Source: Kondoa subrosea (Eukaryota). Taken from it: a stretch of DNA of 64,000 nucleotides. Under the pieces are notes generated by a model. The model worked only from the letters and a program-made list of their open reading frames with translations, made no database searches and was not told the origin of the DNA. Within the stretch, counting starts at the first letter, position 1. Every line of letters begins with the position of its first letter. A program made the translations under genes and the position numbers. Positions 1 through 13,507 of the stretch are shown one piece after another. The stretch is taken from assembly GCA_039545335.1 (NCBI GenBank), contig BCIN01000007.1, positions 310,001 to 374,000 of the forward strand, in the 5' to 3' direction.

Positions 1-923
1 AGCGTAATCAAGCTAATAGCTTGACAGTCTTCGCTTTCACTTGCGCTCAGAATCTCATGCCGGTACATAACGAATTGAAAGATGTGAGTACCTGCTCTCA
101 CTCAAGTATGGGAGAGTTGCTGACCTCGTCCAAACAGAACTCGCAAAGTCGCATGAACCTTGTTATCGGAACATCGATAGGTTCAGCAGCGGGCATCTAT
201 GAGATTATTGGACTGTTAGGCTATTTGACATTCGGTACAGATGCGCGTCCACTAGTCACATCATTTCAAGACCTTTCTGATAAAAAAGATAGGTAGCGAG
301 CAATATCATGGAATCTTATCACAATTCAGTGGCCATCTCTATTTGTCGACTAGGAATAGTCATCATGGTTCTCTTCTCCTATCCATTACAACTACACCCT
401 TGTCGAGCGTCATTGGAGAAAGTCTTTACGAAACGAGATCCTTTGCAACCTGTTTCTACCGATCATGGAGCTATGGCTGCGGATGTGAGCTTGTTGAAAT
501 ATGTAGGGATGACAGCGGGGACCTTGTTGGCAACTTTTTTGATTGCTATTCAAGTGTCACAATTGGAAGTGGTCCGTTCCAGTCTCCTTCTCTTGGGTGT
601 TGGAACTGATCAATAGGAGCAGGTCTTGGGTTTTGTTGGAGCGACAGGATCAACTACAATCAGTTTCATCCTTCCCGCATGGTTCTTTATCAAATTGTTT
701 TCGAATTCGGAAAACAAGCAAGATCGATTATTGAGAAGATGTGCTTATGCGTTATTCGTTTTTGGGTTCTGTGTCATGTTTGTTTGTCTAGGGTTGAATA
801 TCTAGTAAGTTCTTACATTGCTGATGTTCAGGGAGAAGAAGCTGATCATCGGAATGCAGTGAACTTGTGCAACCTACACATAGAGTAGGTAGAGGGAAGC
901 AGCATGATCATTCCACTTTGTAA
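1..923 (+). CDS. Amino-acid transporter, Aa_trans/SLC38 family (AVT5/6/7-like); 3' part only, gene begins before the window
   Basis: Spliced translation VFAFTCAQNLMPVHNEL...GLLGYLTFGTD|VASNIMESY...VLFSYPLQLHPCR...VLGFVGATGSTTISFILP matches family motifs. One intron is GC-AG (243-292). Stop TAA at 921-923. Confidence 0.88.
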
Positions 924-1421
924 CATTACGTATTGTATGAGTACCCTCACTGTTATCCTACACCTCGCTGAAGACGTATGCTTATGTAAACCGCATCGCT
1001 CGCTCTTGATTATTCAACAACTGATGCAGCTTCTTTCCACATGTGCTCTTCCAGCTTCTAGCTTCATACGCCCACTGGTTGTGCATCGAATTGAATTGCT
1101 TCGATATATGACGCACATTGATAGAAAGATCTGCAAACGTGCAGTGAATCACTCTTGAAATTTTCAGCCTTCTCTCTTGCTTCCCTACAGATACCTTCCA
1201 TCAATTCCCTTATCGAGCAGTCAGTGCTGTGCGTGCCTCGGACATCGTAAAGTTCCCTAGAGACAACTAATTTCAGTCTCAACTTGGCGAAATCCAGCCT
1301 CTTCCCTTCCGCTTCCGCTTTATTTCTTCAAGCAACGTTCTCTTCCTTACACACACACTCAGTCGATACAGATATCCTTTAGCCTCTCATATATCCCATT
1401 CCTTCATCAACACCGCCGATC

Positions 1422-3100
1422 ATGATGCACGGCAGTCTTCTTACCTTCGTTTCCCTGGCAGCTCTTGTCGTTGCGCAGCAAAATCAAGTTGGTCCTTTGA
1501 TGCTTTGATACTGGCTCTACGTTGACTCATGTATGCCTGCTGTAGACTCGTAACCTTACACCAGATGGATTTTGGCACAATAGGTCAGTTTGATAACTCA
1601 AAATTTGCATCTTACGATCAAAGCTCATTGAATACGTAATAGATACTTCTCCATCTTGTCAATGGGCTCATACGGCGACTACAACACCCGTACGTCCATA
1701 CTTTCCTCTTATCAGATCATTGTGCTCGGTCATGCTCATGCTTGTTTTCGTTCTTGATAGTCTGCCCTAATCAGACTTTCACTAAAGAAGAACAGCTCAA
1801 GAACTTCCCTGGTTCAAGTAAGCTTTTTCACATTGCCAAGAGAAAGTTTCCTAATCAAAGTCATTCCGATCAAACAGCGCTCGTACCTTGGGAATTGATT
1901 GAACAATGGGGACCAACGCCATCAGGGGGTCAAGGTTTCTCAGCAGTCGTACCAGAGATGAACAAGGTCGTTGTTGTCTTCCAAGGAAATCCTCAAGTTG
2001 AAGCAAATCTACCTTTGGAAACCGTTCCCTGGTCATACATTGGTATCAACAACACTTGTCAAGATTGCACGATGAACGCATTAGCTGCTCAAGCGTATAT
2101 GGAAGCAGTGAACGCAACAAGCAACTTCACCCTTACAAGGGAACGATATTCTGGTGCTGGTCTTGTCTATGCTACTACGTAAGCGAGACGCTGCTGCCAT
2201 CGAACTCCTACTGACTCGTATACGACCGTAGCGGACATGGCTTTGGCGGCATGATCAGTTCCATACACGCTGTCGACTACAACCATGCCAGAATTTGTTA
2301 TTATGCTCACACCCAAGGTGAATCTAAATTGTGTTCTCTCCTGACTCTTCTCACCAAAAGTATTAGGTGCTCCAAGAGTATTCAATCCCGCTGGTGCTGC
2401 GTGGTACAACCAATGGTTCAACGGTATGTGCACTCGTCTCCGCTACTATCAGTGATTCATTTCATGTTTCAACAGGTGAAGCCGGCGAACGTGGTATCTT
2501 CAACAACGACGACATGCCTGAATTGATCCCGGCCAGCGAAGATTACGCTACGCATGGTACCACTTTCAAGTACTGGGGCTTCAACGAAACCAGCGGTCAA
2601 CCTAACTGGAACATTTGCTGGCCTGATGTTGACCCTGAAGCTCTTGGCTGTGTAGCTGCCGAACAAGAGAGAGATGGCATTACTCCTTTGCCCGTACAAG
2701 ATCACTTCTGGGCATTCACTTCTGGTCGGTCCAATCTTTGAGCTCCAGTCTGCGAATATTTAACTGATTTCGTTCATCTATAGTTACTCAATGTGGTCCT
2801 TTGTTAGCTTTTATCTTTCCCCTCAGTGCTATGTTTTGCTAAGCTTTTGCTGTTCTTTGTAGCAACTACAACTATTCCATCATCAACGACTTTATCCGCA
2901 CTAATGTTCCAGGTCAAGCCTTTGCAGATCTTCCAGAACCAGTAGCTACCACAACAACAGCATACGGCTCTAGGTACACCCAAACTCAAGCTGCTCAAGC
3001 GCAACCTTCTTCGCCTTTCGGACAACCAGCTGCAGGTGTTCCAGCAGCACCATATGCACCAAGAGCGAGCATGTTGGCAAGATGGTACGGCGAAGAATAG
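1422..3100 (+). CDS. Secreted lipase class 3 (alpha/beta hydrolase)-fold protein with Gly in place of the nucleophile Ser
   Basis: Signal peptide MMHGSLLTFVSLAALVVAQQ. Motifs in lipase-3 order: KVVVVFQG, TTGHGFGG, QGAPRVFN, NNDDMPELIP, DHFWAF. Thr/Pro/Ala-rich tail. Stop TAG at 3098-3100. Confidence 0.75.
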
Positions 3101-3314
3101 AAAGAATTTGCATCATTTATTCGTGAATGGACACTTTTCAGCATAATTTAAACTCAAACAAGTACATAGGCATCTTTTTGCTTACATATTTACTTTTATA
3201 GACACAAAATACACGCATTGATAGAGCAAAAAATTCAATCCCGTGCTTTTGATCTTTCAACAACTTTCCTTATAAATTGTCTTTCTTTAGTCACCGTCAT
3301 CATTCGAGTGAGAC

Positions 3315-4870
3315 ATGGTCTCTACTCGTTCGCAACGCAAACGAGAAGCTCAATCTCCTTTTGTTGAAGATATCAAGACTGCTGCCAAAGAAGAAGCTGA
3401 AGGAGATGCACCACCAGCCTTGCAGATCACTTCTCCTCGAAAGTCACGTAAGGTCAAAGCGGATTCTTGTGCTGCTTCTTCTGTCAAGCCAGAAGGTGGA
3501 CTAGAACCTGCTTTTGAGATCCATGAGGGGTTAGTAAAAGCGGAAGACTCGGATGATGAGATAATGCCTGATGTTCAAAAGAAGCCACAAGCCAAAGGTA
3601 AAGGTAAAGGCAAAAGCAAGGCTAAAGGGTCTGATGAAGAAGAGTACGCTGGTGAAAAGAAGGAAGAAGATGAAGGAGCTACACCTGTACAGCGAGGTAA
3701 AGGCAAGGGCAAAGGTAAAGCTACTACGCCCAAATCGACTGGTCAAGACGACGAGCTAGGCCCTCAGCCTCCGAAGACTGCTGGTCAGTACATTTCAGTG
3801 CCAAGCAGCGATTTGCTGAATTCTGTGATGCGCTGACAGAAAGTACTTGGCGTACCTCTACTATTCCCCAAAGAAAGACTATCACTAAAGGAGAGATCAA
3901 AACTCTATACCGTCTAGCTGATGCGGATGTCCAGAAGTTACCTTTCAAGTCAATCATAACTGCTGCTGGTCAGTTCGCCATTATTCGAGCTTTCTTCACT
4001 ACATGACTCTGATAGTGTAAACAGGCTACGATTGTCACCTGTATCAAGAAAAGGATGTCGAACACGCAGCTTGGGTCAAACATGGTTCTCCTGAGCGATT
4101 CGATTACTAGTGAGTCCTTTCTTAGTTCGTTATACAGTCACAACCTGAAATCTTTCAAAGCCTCGCTAAATTGGAAGCACGACACGATCGAAGCGGTAAA
4201 ACTACGCCTTTTGCTGCTCCTTCTGCTAGACCTATGCGAAAAGCACCTGATCCTAATGTGTGAGTTTCGCCCTTTGTGTCCGCATTCGAGCTGTTGCTGA
4301 GATGATGTGTTTACAAGTCTTCCTCCTCGTCTTGTCGAAATTCAAAACAATTTCGAAGAGCACTATCATCAAGATTGGGTCTTCAACTCCATCTTGGTTC
4401 ATTTAAACGCTCATGATGCCAACATCGATCCAGGAGAAGATCAACCTTATACTAACAAGATGCGAATCGAAATCATCCCTTCTGCCATGGAAGAACTTGC
4501 TCGCTATCCTCGTAGACCAACAGAAGAGGAATCGATCTCGTATCAAGAAGAATTAGCTGGTTTGAGGAAATTACTGGAAGATGCTCCGAAAAGAGACTGG
4601 GTGTTTGATGACTTTACAAAAGGGAAAGATAAAGTTTCAGGGGAGGATGAAGATGCTGTTTGGGCTTTAGAGTATCGACATGCTGTTCGTACTGAATTGG
4701 ACAACGTCAAGGAAAAGTATGGAGCGAGTGAAGAAGAGGTTTATCTGATTGCTGCTTGGTTGGTTTACGATGCTGTGAGATCTTTTTATACTACAGAGAA
4801 TGTGAAAAGAGCTGATACGGAAAATAGTATGCCGCTGGAATTGGCGCGATTCGATATGAGGAAGATGTAG
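3315..4870 (+). CDS. Hypothetical nuclear protein: charged low-complexity N-terminus plus XPA C-terminal-like putative DNA-binding segment
   Basis: Multi-exon model with canonical introns. Segment KTITKGEIKTLYRLADADVQKLPFK...HLYQEKDVEHAAWVKHGS resembles the XPA C-terminal domain by eye. KGKGKG repeats present. Confidence 0.6.
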
Positions 4871-5704
4871 GATGGATCGATGTCGCGCGAGATTGGCTCA
4901 TCGGCATTCCAGCGTACAATGAGCATGATTGATGACTGAAAAAGAAGAGAAGGAAAGAATAGGAAGGAAAGGCAGACTCTTTGATACCACTACAAGCTAT
5001 CACCTTTTACTTGTTTGACATATTACATTGATTTATAAATAAGCACTGCCAATGCATTATGACACTTCTTACGGATTGGCTGTCGCTTATAGTGATTGTT
5101 AGTAGGATTCTGGGCAGGGCAAAGATGATGCATCACTCCTACAGCTGAGAAACCGTTGCGGGCGGCTCAAAAGGCCCAAGCTCTGCGCATCGCCGACTAC
5201 AGGCTTACAATATCGCCGTGATAATGCGGACACACCACATTATACTATGAGACGTCGAAAGCGTCCGTGATCATTCCGGCAAAAGTTTGACTTGTTCCTG
5301 CAGGATGAAACGGTTTTGGTACTGCGGGACGGAGAGAAAAATGAAGCGAAACAGCGGCGCTTTGAAGTACCTCTCGATTGCAGGCAATCAGATATAAGCG
5401 CAAAAGCAACGGATTTCATGCCAAAGGCATGATAGAAAAAGACCGTATAATGGAAACCGACAAGACTATAAGTGATACTAGAGCGCAGAATACAAGGAAA
5501 TAAAGCAGGATAGAATTTAGCTCATGGAGCCAGTATCGAGATGTATGCACAAAGCGGATACAATACGTATGGATTGACGCTGGAGGTGTCTTCGATAACA
5601 GATACAGGCCGCGGATGCTATTACAGCATTGCCACAAGCAGTCAAGCTGGCTCGGGACAAACAGGTGCATTTTCATTTGTTGGCTGGAAACCTCGACGGC
5701 AAAC

Positions 5705-7323
5705 ATGGCATTCGCTTCACGCCTAGCTCGCCCAATGCGGACGGCGCAACCTTTCAAAAGATTCGCATCAAGCTCTGCAGCACCATCAGAGGCAAGTCTC
5801 CCTTAAATATTTTATAGATCCTGTCGAAAGCGGTTTCAGCAACTTTGAGCCTACAAATGCTTCGAGTGACTCGGTAGACCAAGGCTAACATGCTGCTGTG
5901 TTACTTTACAGTCTTTCTTTTACTCTCGATCCTCTGGATTGGCCTTCTCCCTTTTCTCAGCTGGATCGCTCGCACTCTATACTTCTCAATTTGGTCTACC
6001 TTTCTTCCCAGAAGCTAAAGCTATGACTATGGCTGAAGAAGGTCTACACCCTCCTGCTTATCCTTGGGCTCACAAAGGAATACTGGATGGTTTCGATCAT
6101 GCGGCGTGAGCTTTCCGTCTTCCCTCCCATTGTAGCTGTATACGTACTGAATCTGCGTGGATGACAGTATTCGAAGAGGTTATCAAGTCTACCGAGAAGT
6201 TTGCTCAACCTGTCACTCACTCGATCGAATTGCTTGGAGAAACTTAGTCGGCGTTTCTCACACTGTGGATGAAGTTAAAGCCATGGCTGAAGAAGTCGAA
6301 TACACTGATGGACCAAACGATACTGGAGAAATGTTTGAAAGACCGGGCAAATTGGCAGATTACATGCCTAAACCTTATGCCAACGAAGAAGCTGCAAGAG
6401 CTGGAAACGCTGGTGCTCTACCTCCTGATCTTAGCTTGATGACTAAAGCTAGACATGGTGGTGCTGATTACGTTTATGCTTTGTTGACTGGTTATGTGGA
6501 TCCACCTGAAGGTGTTGAGATTCGCGAGGGCATGAACTAGTGAGACCATTTCACGGTTCAATTGCGGAGCAATCTTCTAACGCAAATTTGTAGCAACCCA
6601 TACTTCCCAGGTATGTTCTACTCAGCTTTATATAGAGATTTGTCTGAAATTCGATTCAAGGTGGAGCAATCGGCATGGCTCGGTAGGCTGAACGCTTTCT
6701 ATGACTTACGGACCTATGCTAATGTAGTAACATTTCAGTGTTCTCTATGATGGACTAGTTGAAGTCAGTATAATACGCTGATATCGTCTCGGAGCACTGA
6801 ACTTACTTCGTCGCACGCAGTACCCGGATGGTCAGTGCAGTGTGCATTTCAAGTCGCTTTGACGGCTGGATCTATGGCTACCTCTGACAGGCACACCCGC
6901 AACCACATCTCAAATGGCAAAGGATGTCGGTAAGTTCATTTGTCAAGTATTACCCTGCTTCCGATCTGAAATCTCCTCTTTCCGACAGTCACCTTCTTGA
7001 GCTTCGCAGCAGAGCCAGAACTTGACGAGCGCAAACAACTAGGTTTGCTCCTTTGAATACATTCTTTTGACTTTTTGATGAGAATTGATGTCGAAACAGG
7101 TTTCCAAGCTGTCATCATTCTTTCTGCTTTGACTGCGCTCTCTATCTGGTGAGTAATACACCGATATCGACTGGAACAGCACTGATTTTTCGGTTTAGGG
7201 TCAAACGATTCAAGTGGGGTGAGTTTTCGTTGTTTCAAAGCTTTTCCTATTGCTTATTCGCTTTTCGACACCTCAGCGAACGTGAAGACGAGGCAATTGG
7301 CCTACAAACCCATGAACAAGTAG
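5705..7323 (+). CDS. CYT1: Cytochrome c1, mitochondrial (complex III)
   Basis: Mitochondrial presequence [37 protein letters not shown] (CxxCH heme site); [15 protein letters not shown]-terminal TM segment. About 11 introns including a 10-nt exon (6821-6830). Stop at 7321-7323. Confidence 0.97.
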
Positions 7324-7700
7324 AAACGATTGTCGAGGGTTTTCACAGTAGTTGTATTTGCATATGCAGGCTTAGCGTTTTTCTCTCTCCTGTTTCTACT
7401 GGGCTCTGCTATCTCTCTGCTGTTCCTATTGACCACTGCATTCCTGTGTTCTGCTGCTTGTGTCTTTCCCCGGCAAGCGGGTCTACTTTCGACCGGGTTC
7501 GGCGTGCATTTCTATTTTCTTGTCATCACAAGGCGGCCATCTGGAATAAAGCTTGGCCAGCGAACATCAACAGCTCTTGACCTATTTACAGCCAACCGAG
7601 TCAGTAAAGCGGCATAGCAACACCCGCTCATCTGCATATCAACCAAACAACCGCAAAATTACGTAAAGGTGCCGCCAAGCTCTATCGCAATTAGCACAAC

Positions 7701-10268
7701 ATGGTCCAATTCGTAGCTGGCACTGCTTCTGCACCTGTGTCTCCAACATTGAGGGATACAATGGCACACGAAGATAAAGCAGACTTTGATTTTCCCCAGA
7801 CTTCCCAACCTAATTTTCCAACTACTCTACCTTCTGGTAGTGTCACAGCTCTACCTCAAAGCTCGTCTGATCCCAATCTGCCTGCGTTGAACACTTCTGC
7901 TACGCCTGAAATCTTACTACCTCATCCTGCTGAAGCAACAGGGCATCATCACCACCATCATCACCATCAGCATGCACCTGCGCCTGTCCCATATCACTAT
8001 CAAGCTCCCGCTTATTCACTCGGTGGAGCTCATGCTTATGATCGAATGGCTATCAATTCAAATGCATATGCTTTACCTCGAGGTGCTAGAAGAGCAGGAC
8101 AGCGACAAGTATTGGGTTTAGGTCGAGCTATGCCAACAGTCAGTGATTTTCTCCTTGACAGTCTCGAATTGTATCTTGATACTAGATTTGACAGTGGGAA
8201 GAGATGCAACTTCGCAAACAATTGAAGCACGAACGTGCATTGCGACATGCTCAAGCTGGAGGTCATCATCAACACCATCATCACTCAAGAAGCGTAGTAG
8301 CAGGCGATGCAACACCTCATTCAACTACAAACCGAAACAGTTTTGCTGCTACGCCCACCATGTCTGGAGATGTCTCTCAAGCATTAAACGACATGTATGC
8401 CGCTATGGCACACCTACAAACTCTCCTTCCTGATCATCAAATGGGATCTCTTACTCCTTATAATTTGACTCCTGCTGCTTCTCGTCAGGTTACAAGAGAT
8501 GAAAACAGTTATTTAATGATCAATGGGAATGGTCACATGAATGGAGGTGGAGGAGGAAAAGAAATGAACGGGAAAGAATTACACCCGACTACTTCTCATT
8601 CTTCAGATGTCTCTTGTTCAAGCAGTGGAAGTTCTTCTTCTGATTCGGACGAAGATGAAGAAGAACCAAAACCGAATCCTTTGGCTAGATTCAGGCACCT
8701 TGTTAGAGAACCTGCTGCTGAATTCTTGGGCACGGCAGTCCTTCTCATCTTCGGTACGGGTGTTTCCAATGTTAGTTCTCCTCGTGTGTTAGGGAATTTG
8801 CCTCATGTTATTGTTGTGACAGCAATTCTTCCTCTCTATGGATCCGAATGTTTCGACTGTTGTACGTGGAACATATACTAGTGTCAGTTTCTCTTGGGGT
8901 ATAGGTGTCATGGCTGGTAAGGTCTTATACCCGGCCGTGAATGCATTCCTTATATGTCTCGATACAGGTGTCTATGTTTCTGGTGGAATCAGCGGTGTGA
9001 GGATTCCCTTTTCTCTCTTGTCACAATTCAAATGCTGACCTGAAAGATTATTAGGGCCATCTGAATCCTGCTGTTACTTTATCACTTGCTGTTTTCCGTG
9101 GATTTCCATGGAAGAAAGTCATTCCATTCTGGGTGCGTTCCGATCGAGCTTTCGATGTTTGAAAAAGTATTGACTATCGATTAATCAGATTGCACAAACT
9201 CTTGGTGCTATGACTGGTTCAGCTTTCGTGTCCTTGATTTACGAAAGAGCCGTCGATATCTTCGAAGGTATGTTGCTTTGATAACGCATCTTTGCAGACA
9301 GAAGCTAATCTCTTCAATTTTCGTAGGCGGAGCTCGCACAGTCACCGGTGCAACTTCAACTGCAAATCTCTACACCACGTGAGTGCGACAGGACAGTCAG
9401 CAAGTTCGTATGCTGATCAGCTGTGCCATTTCACAGCTTCAAATTGCCATATGTCTCGAGTGAGCAGTCTATCGAGCTTTATTGATTATTCACTGATTAC
9501 ACACTGTTGATCTTTAGTCGCTGAGGGCTTCTTTAACGAGTTCCTGGATACCGCTATCCTCCTATTGGTCATCTTGGCTATTGGTGATTCGAACAATACA
9601 CCACCGCGTAAGCTCTTTGATTAGTACTCGTTCTGCTTCTTCTGTTGACATCATTTACAGCTGATGGTCTGAATCCTATCGTCCTTCTGTTCCTCATTTT
9701 CGGCATTGGTGCATCTCTTGGAAGTCAAACTGCCTATGCGATCAATCCAGCCCGTGATTTAGGTCCGAGACTCATGTTATGGTGCCGTGGTTATGGAACG
9801 AAGCTTTGGACTGTAGATGTAAGCTTCTTTCGAGCCCTACCCGAGAATAGCAGCTGACAGATACAAATTAGGATTGGTATTGGATTACAACACCTATTGT
9901 GAGTCATCTTGAACTCGTATAATAAAGGGACTCGGTCAGACTAAAGCTCTCTCGACAGTGTGCGACTCTGCTCGGAGGTCTTGCAGGAAGCTTCCTCTAT
10001 GAGTAGGCCTGCCTTGTCTTTGGAGCCGGCTCGTCAATGCTGACGTATGCCGTCTCAGTCTTCTCATTTACACAGGAAATGAGAGTCCATTGAATCAGAA
10101 GTGGGAGTGGAGATGGAGTAAACATAATAAAGGTTTAAAGAGTCAAGGTGCTCAACCTGGTGCCGAACCTCAAGGTAAGTTCAAGCGATTTGTTTTTCAA
10201 TTTTTAGCTGATTGTTGGCAATAGTGAACGAAAAACTGCCCGCAGGTGGGGAACGGCAAGATGTTTAA
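7701..10268 (+). CDS. Aquaglyceroporin (MIP family, Fps1/GlpF-like) with long His-rich N-terminal extension
   Basis: [27 protein letters not shown] and [14 protein letters not shown]: both NPA motifs, plus the Asp after the second NPA-R that is typical of glyceroporins. Stop at 10266-10268. Confidence 0.93.
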
Positions 10269-10514
10269 AGCCCGGAAGATACTGTACATGTATATACACC
10301 TACTGTTCGAATTTGTACATAGGAAAGTTCAGAAATATGCATAAGTGAAATAGAATTGCTAATTGTACATGATTCCTGAGCTTCCTTTCGACCCAGTATG
10401 CTTACAGAAGCAGGAAAGGCTGATCTTCATGAATGTCATGCATTGTAATTACTGACGGGCGGATATGCAGTGTTTTGACAGAATGTCTCGTAAGTGATAT
10501 CCCCAGATGCTGCT

Positions 10515-13507
10515 CTACAATTCAAAGATACTTGCGCCAGTTGCTTGTCCTTCACCCAATAGAAGTTCAAACATCGATTGATCAGACTGTGGACGTGAGG
10601 TACCCCTAATGAAATCATCTAAGGCATTCAGGAAGTCTTGACCAGTCTCGGGATCGGAATTTGACGCAGGTGTCTGTGATCCAGTACTAGTGTAGTAGGC
10701 ATCAAGCGATGTATTGCTGGAGTTGTGTGAGTCTGATAGCAGGCGTTTGTTATAGGCGCTCTTCGGATGTAGATCATCCTGATCAAAACCTAGCAATCTC
10801 GTCAACTGGGTACAAGGTTAATAAAATGGACACATACGGAGCATCTGCAAAGTATCATCTCGACGCTTATAAATCACACAAAAACCCGTTTCCGATTTTG
10901 AGACCGGCTCAGTCGCCAAAAGACTTGAGTGATCCGACAGCAAAGACCGCAAAATTTCTAGCAGCTTATGGGCTTCTTCATTGCTTGACTTCATGGTTGA
11001 AAGAACTGTTTGCAGGCTGTCGATCTCTTGCTCCACTGTTGAGACGCATCATTGGCTTTGGGTACAGAGAGATCAAAGGATAGAGCATACCGTTCGCAAT
11101 CTGCTCGTGGTTCTGAGCTCTTTGATGTACTGCATACTCTTTGACTAGAACTCTTATGGCAAATGTCCACAAAGACCAAAAGAGACCTTTTACTTAAGTC
11201 GGCCACAGTAGAGACCGCTAAAAATATGTGCTTACGATCTCTGGAAATTTGGTAGTACGTGGTCAACTTGTGAACATAGACCATCGAGACAACTGACATT
11301 GACGAGCGATGCAATGCTAGATTCGTAATAGTATATAGGACAGCTGACAACTAGATGAGAACGCTTATGAGAAATCAAATCGATCTTACAAAGAAGTGCC
11401 CTTGAGCTGGCCAGACCTGCAATCATGTTTAAGCGAAATATGAGACAACAGTCGATCTTGCTTGTGCTTACAGATACTCATTGCGACATCCGGTTTTTGG
11501 GGTGAGATGAAGCTTTCGTGCATCATGATAGTAGCCATGTGGCTTATACTGCGGAACAATACTTGTAAGCTTTTCTCCTTAGCTGGGGAAGCGATACTCA
11601 ACGAGTAAGCCAGAATGATGCGATCATTGAAAGTAGCAAGTGCGGCCCTGTAAGCTTTCGCAAGACTGTTTCTGAATGCAATGCAATCGCCAGCCAGATT
11701 AGCGAATTCTGGTCGTCTAGCGAAAATTAATAAATCGAAATGCTCTTCATTCACCAGATGACGCTTGACGGAACCTAAAGGAATGCTTGGCATCAGTAAG
11801 GAGAGAAACTCTTGAATGCACAGCCGACCAAGAGGATGTGGCATCCCACTGAGCATATCCATCACCCGACTGAGTAATATTGTCGCTTTGAAGTATAGCT
11901 GAAGGCCTTGGACATGCTCCGGCGGATGCTACATCATCTGAATACAGTTTTTTGAGCACGGAATAATCAGCTCACATAGGTGAAGAAATCTTTGGATTCG
12001 GGTGAAAGAGCGCGCCCATGTTTCAGAGGGGGTTGCAGAGGCCCAGAAGGTTTAGCGGCGTCTGGGAGAAGCGTTGTCAAATCCGAAACCTTCATAGCAG
12101 TAGGCCAAGCAGTATGTAAAGTGGCCAATCTGTCGAAGAGGGTTCGACGCAATTGGCAGACTTATGGTCAAGATAACGCGAAGCCCACCTGTCCACGGTG
12201 TATGCGTACCAACACAATGCTGCTCGCTCGTGCCGATCCTCTTCGTCCTCTCTGTGTAAAAGACCATCAGGAATCCGCAGACAAGGAGCTCTCATTCAGC
12301 ATACGGATTAGGTATCAAAGCATGCAAACCCGTATTGTCGCCGACTCTATGATCAACGTTACCATCTGCACCAATGTATGCGCTTTCTAGGCGATGAATA
12401 CCGCAAGGCGTCAGCCCTGATAATCAATATCAGGCAATGGAATAAAGGTGTTGCAATGTTTCAGTACCGACATCGTAGTGTTGCTGCAGTGTTCATCCAC
12501 AAATTTGTAAGCTCGCGTTGATTGTCATAATAATCAGCTGCACCAAGTCGGAACACGGCAGTGAGACATGCTCATGTCAATCCGGAGCAGATGTTGGCTT
12601 ACAGAGCAAGACTTGGGCTTGTGCCGCTTCTACAGACGAACGACCGTTCTGTAGACAGATAGCAACATGATGTTTCGCTCGCAAGGCATGATAAGCCGCT
12701 GGTTTCAAAGGCTTCCCTTGTTCTGATTTCAGACGGACATAGAATGCTGCAGTTGATAGACCGAAAGCATTTTCGCTAATTCTTGTGAGAGCCACAGCTA
12801 AGATGGCATGCAGCAAGGCAGTTGCTGGGAATAGAAGGTGTCGACAAGGTAGAAGTAGGCGGCTGAAAAGACGTTCCTTGTGTAGCAATCCATTCAAGGT
12901 ATGAGCTCTATCGAAGAAAGTATTCACCAGGTTTTGGACAATTATTGGTGAAGGTAGATCAGCAGGCCAACCAGGATAGAGTAGTTCTTGTAGAACATCA
13001 TCGGAAAGAGGTTCAGACGGAAATTGCATCGGCATCGGCTGAGTAGAAGAGCCATGCGGTGCCTGCCATGCTTCGCTAACGAATGCCGCATCTGCAGGAG
13101 GAAAGAAAGAGAGACCATATCCAGAAGGAACAGGTTGGACTGTAGGTATCTGAGATTCTAAGCTAGCGATTTTGCTTTCCAAAGCTGAGATTATATTTGT
13201 TTCGTCCACGCCTTGCTGTTTCTTCACCGGACCCATGCTATCTTTATCAAATTGACAGACCACAAGATTAAGATCGTCTCCTCTAGCAAGTGCGGACCGC
13301 TTGCTGTGCAATAAAAGTCAAAGGGGCTCGCTGCCTGTCATTGAACTTACCAAGCAGAGCAAGTTGGCCTTTGCGCATCACATTTCACTTTCCTCGCACG
13401 ACATGTCAAACTTCAATCAGGTCAGCGATGTTGATTGCACTCAAATCGCCAACTCACCACGCCTGGTTCCGCAGCAGAGTTGGCCTACTAGAGCGCTCGG
13501 GAGCCAT
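10515..13507 (-). CDS. Zn(II)2Cys6 transcription factor with fungal TF middle-homology region, tandem copy A
   Basis: Spliced N-terminus MAPERSSRPTLLRNQACLTCRARKVKCDAQRPTCSACKRSALARGDDLNLVVCQF; LYPGWPADLPSP motif; C-terminus ...SIFEL*. Confidence 0.9.

Noticed and set aside
4900..5700. Short ORFs upstream of CYT1
   Set aside because: No coding motifs or splice chain; likely terminator/promoter sequence.
12417..12602. Apparent premature stop making TF copy A a pseudogene
   Set aside because: The stop lies inside an intron; splicing restores colinearity with copy B.
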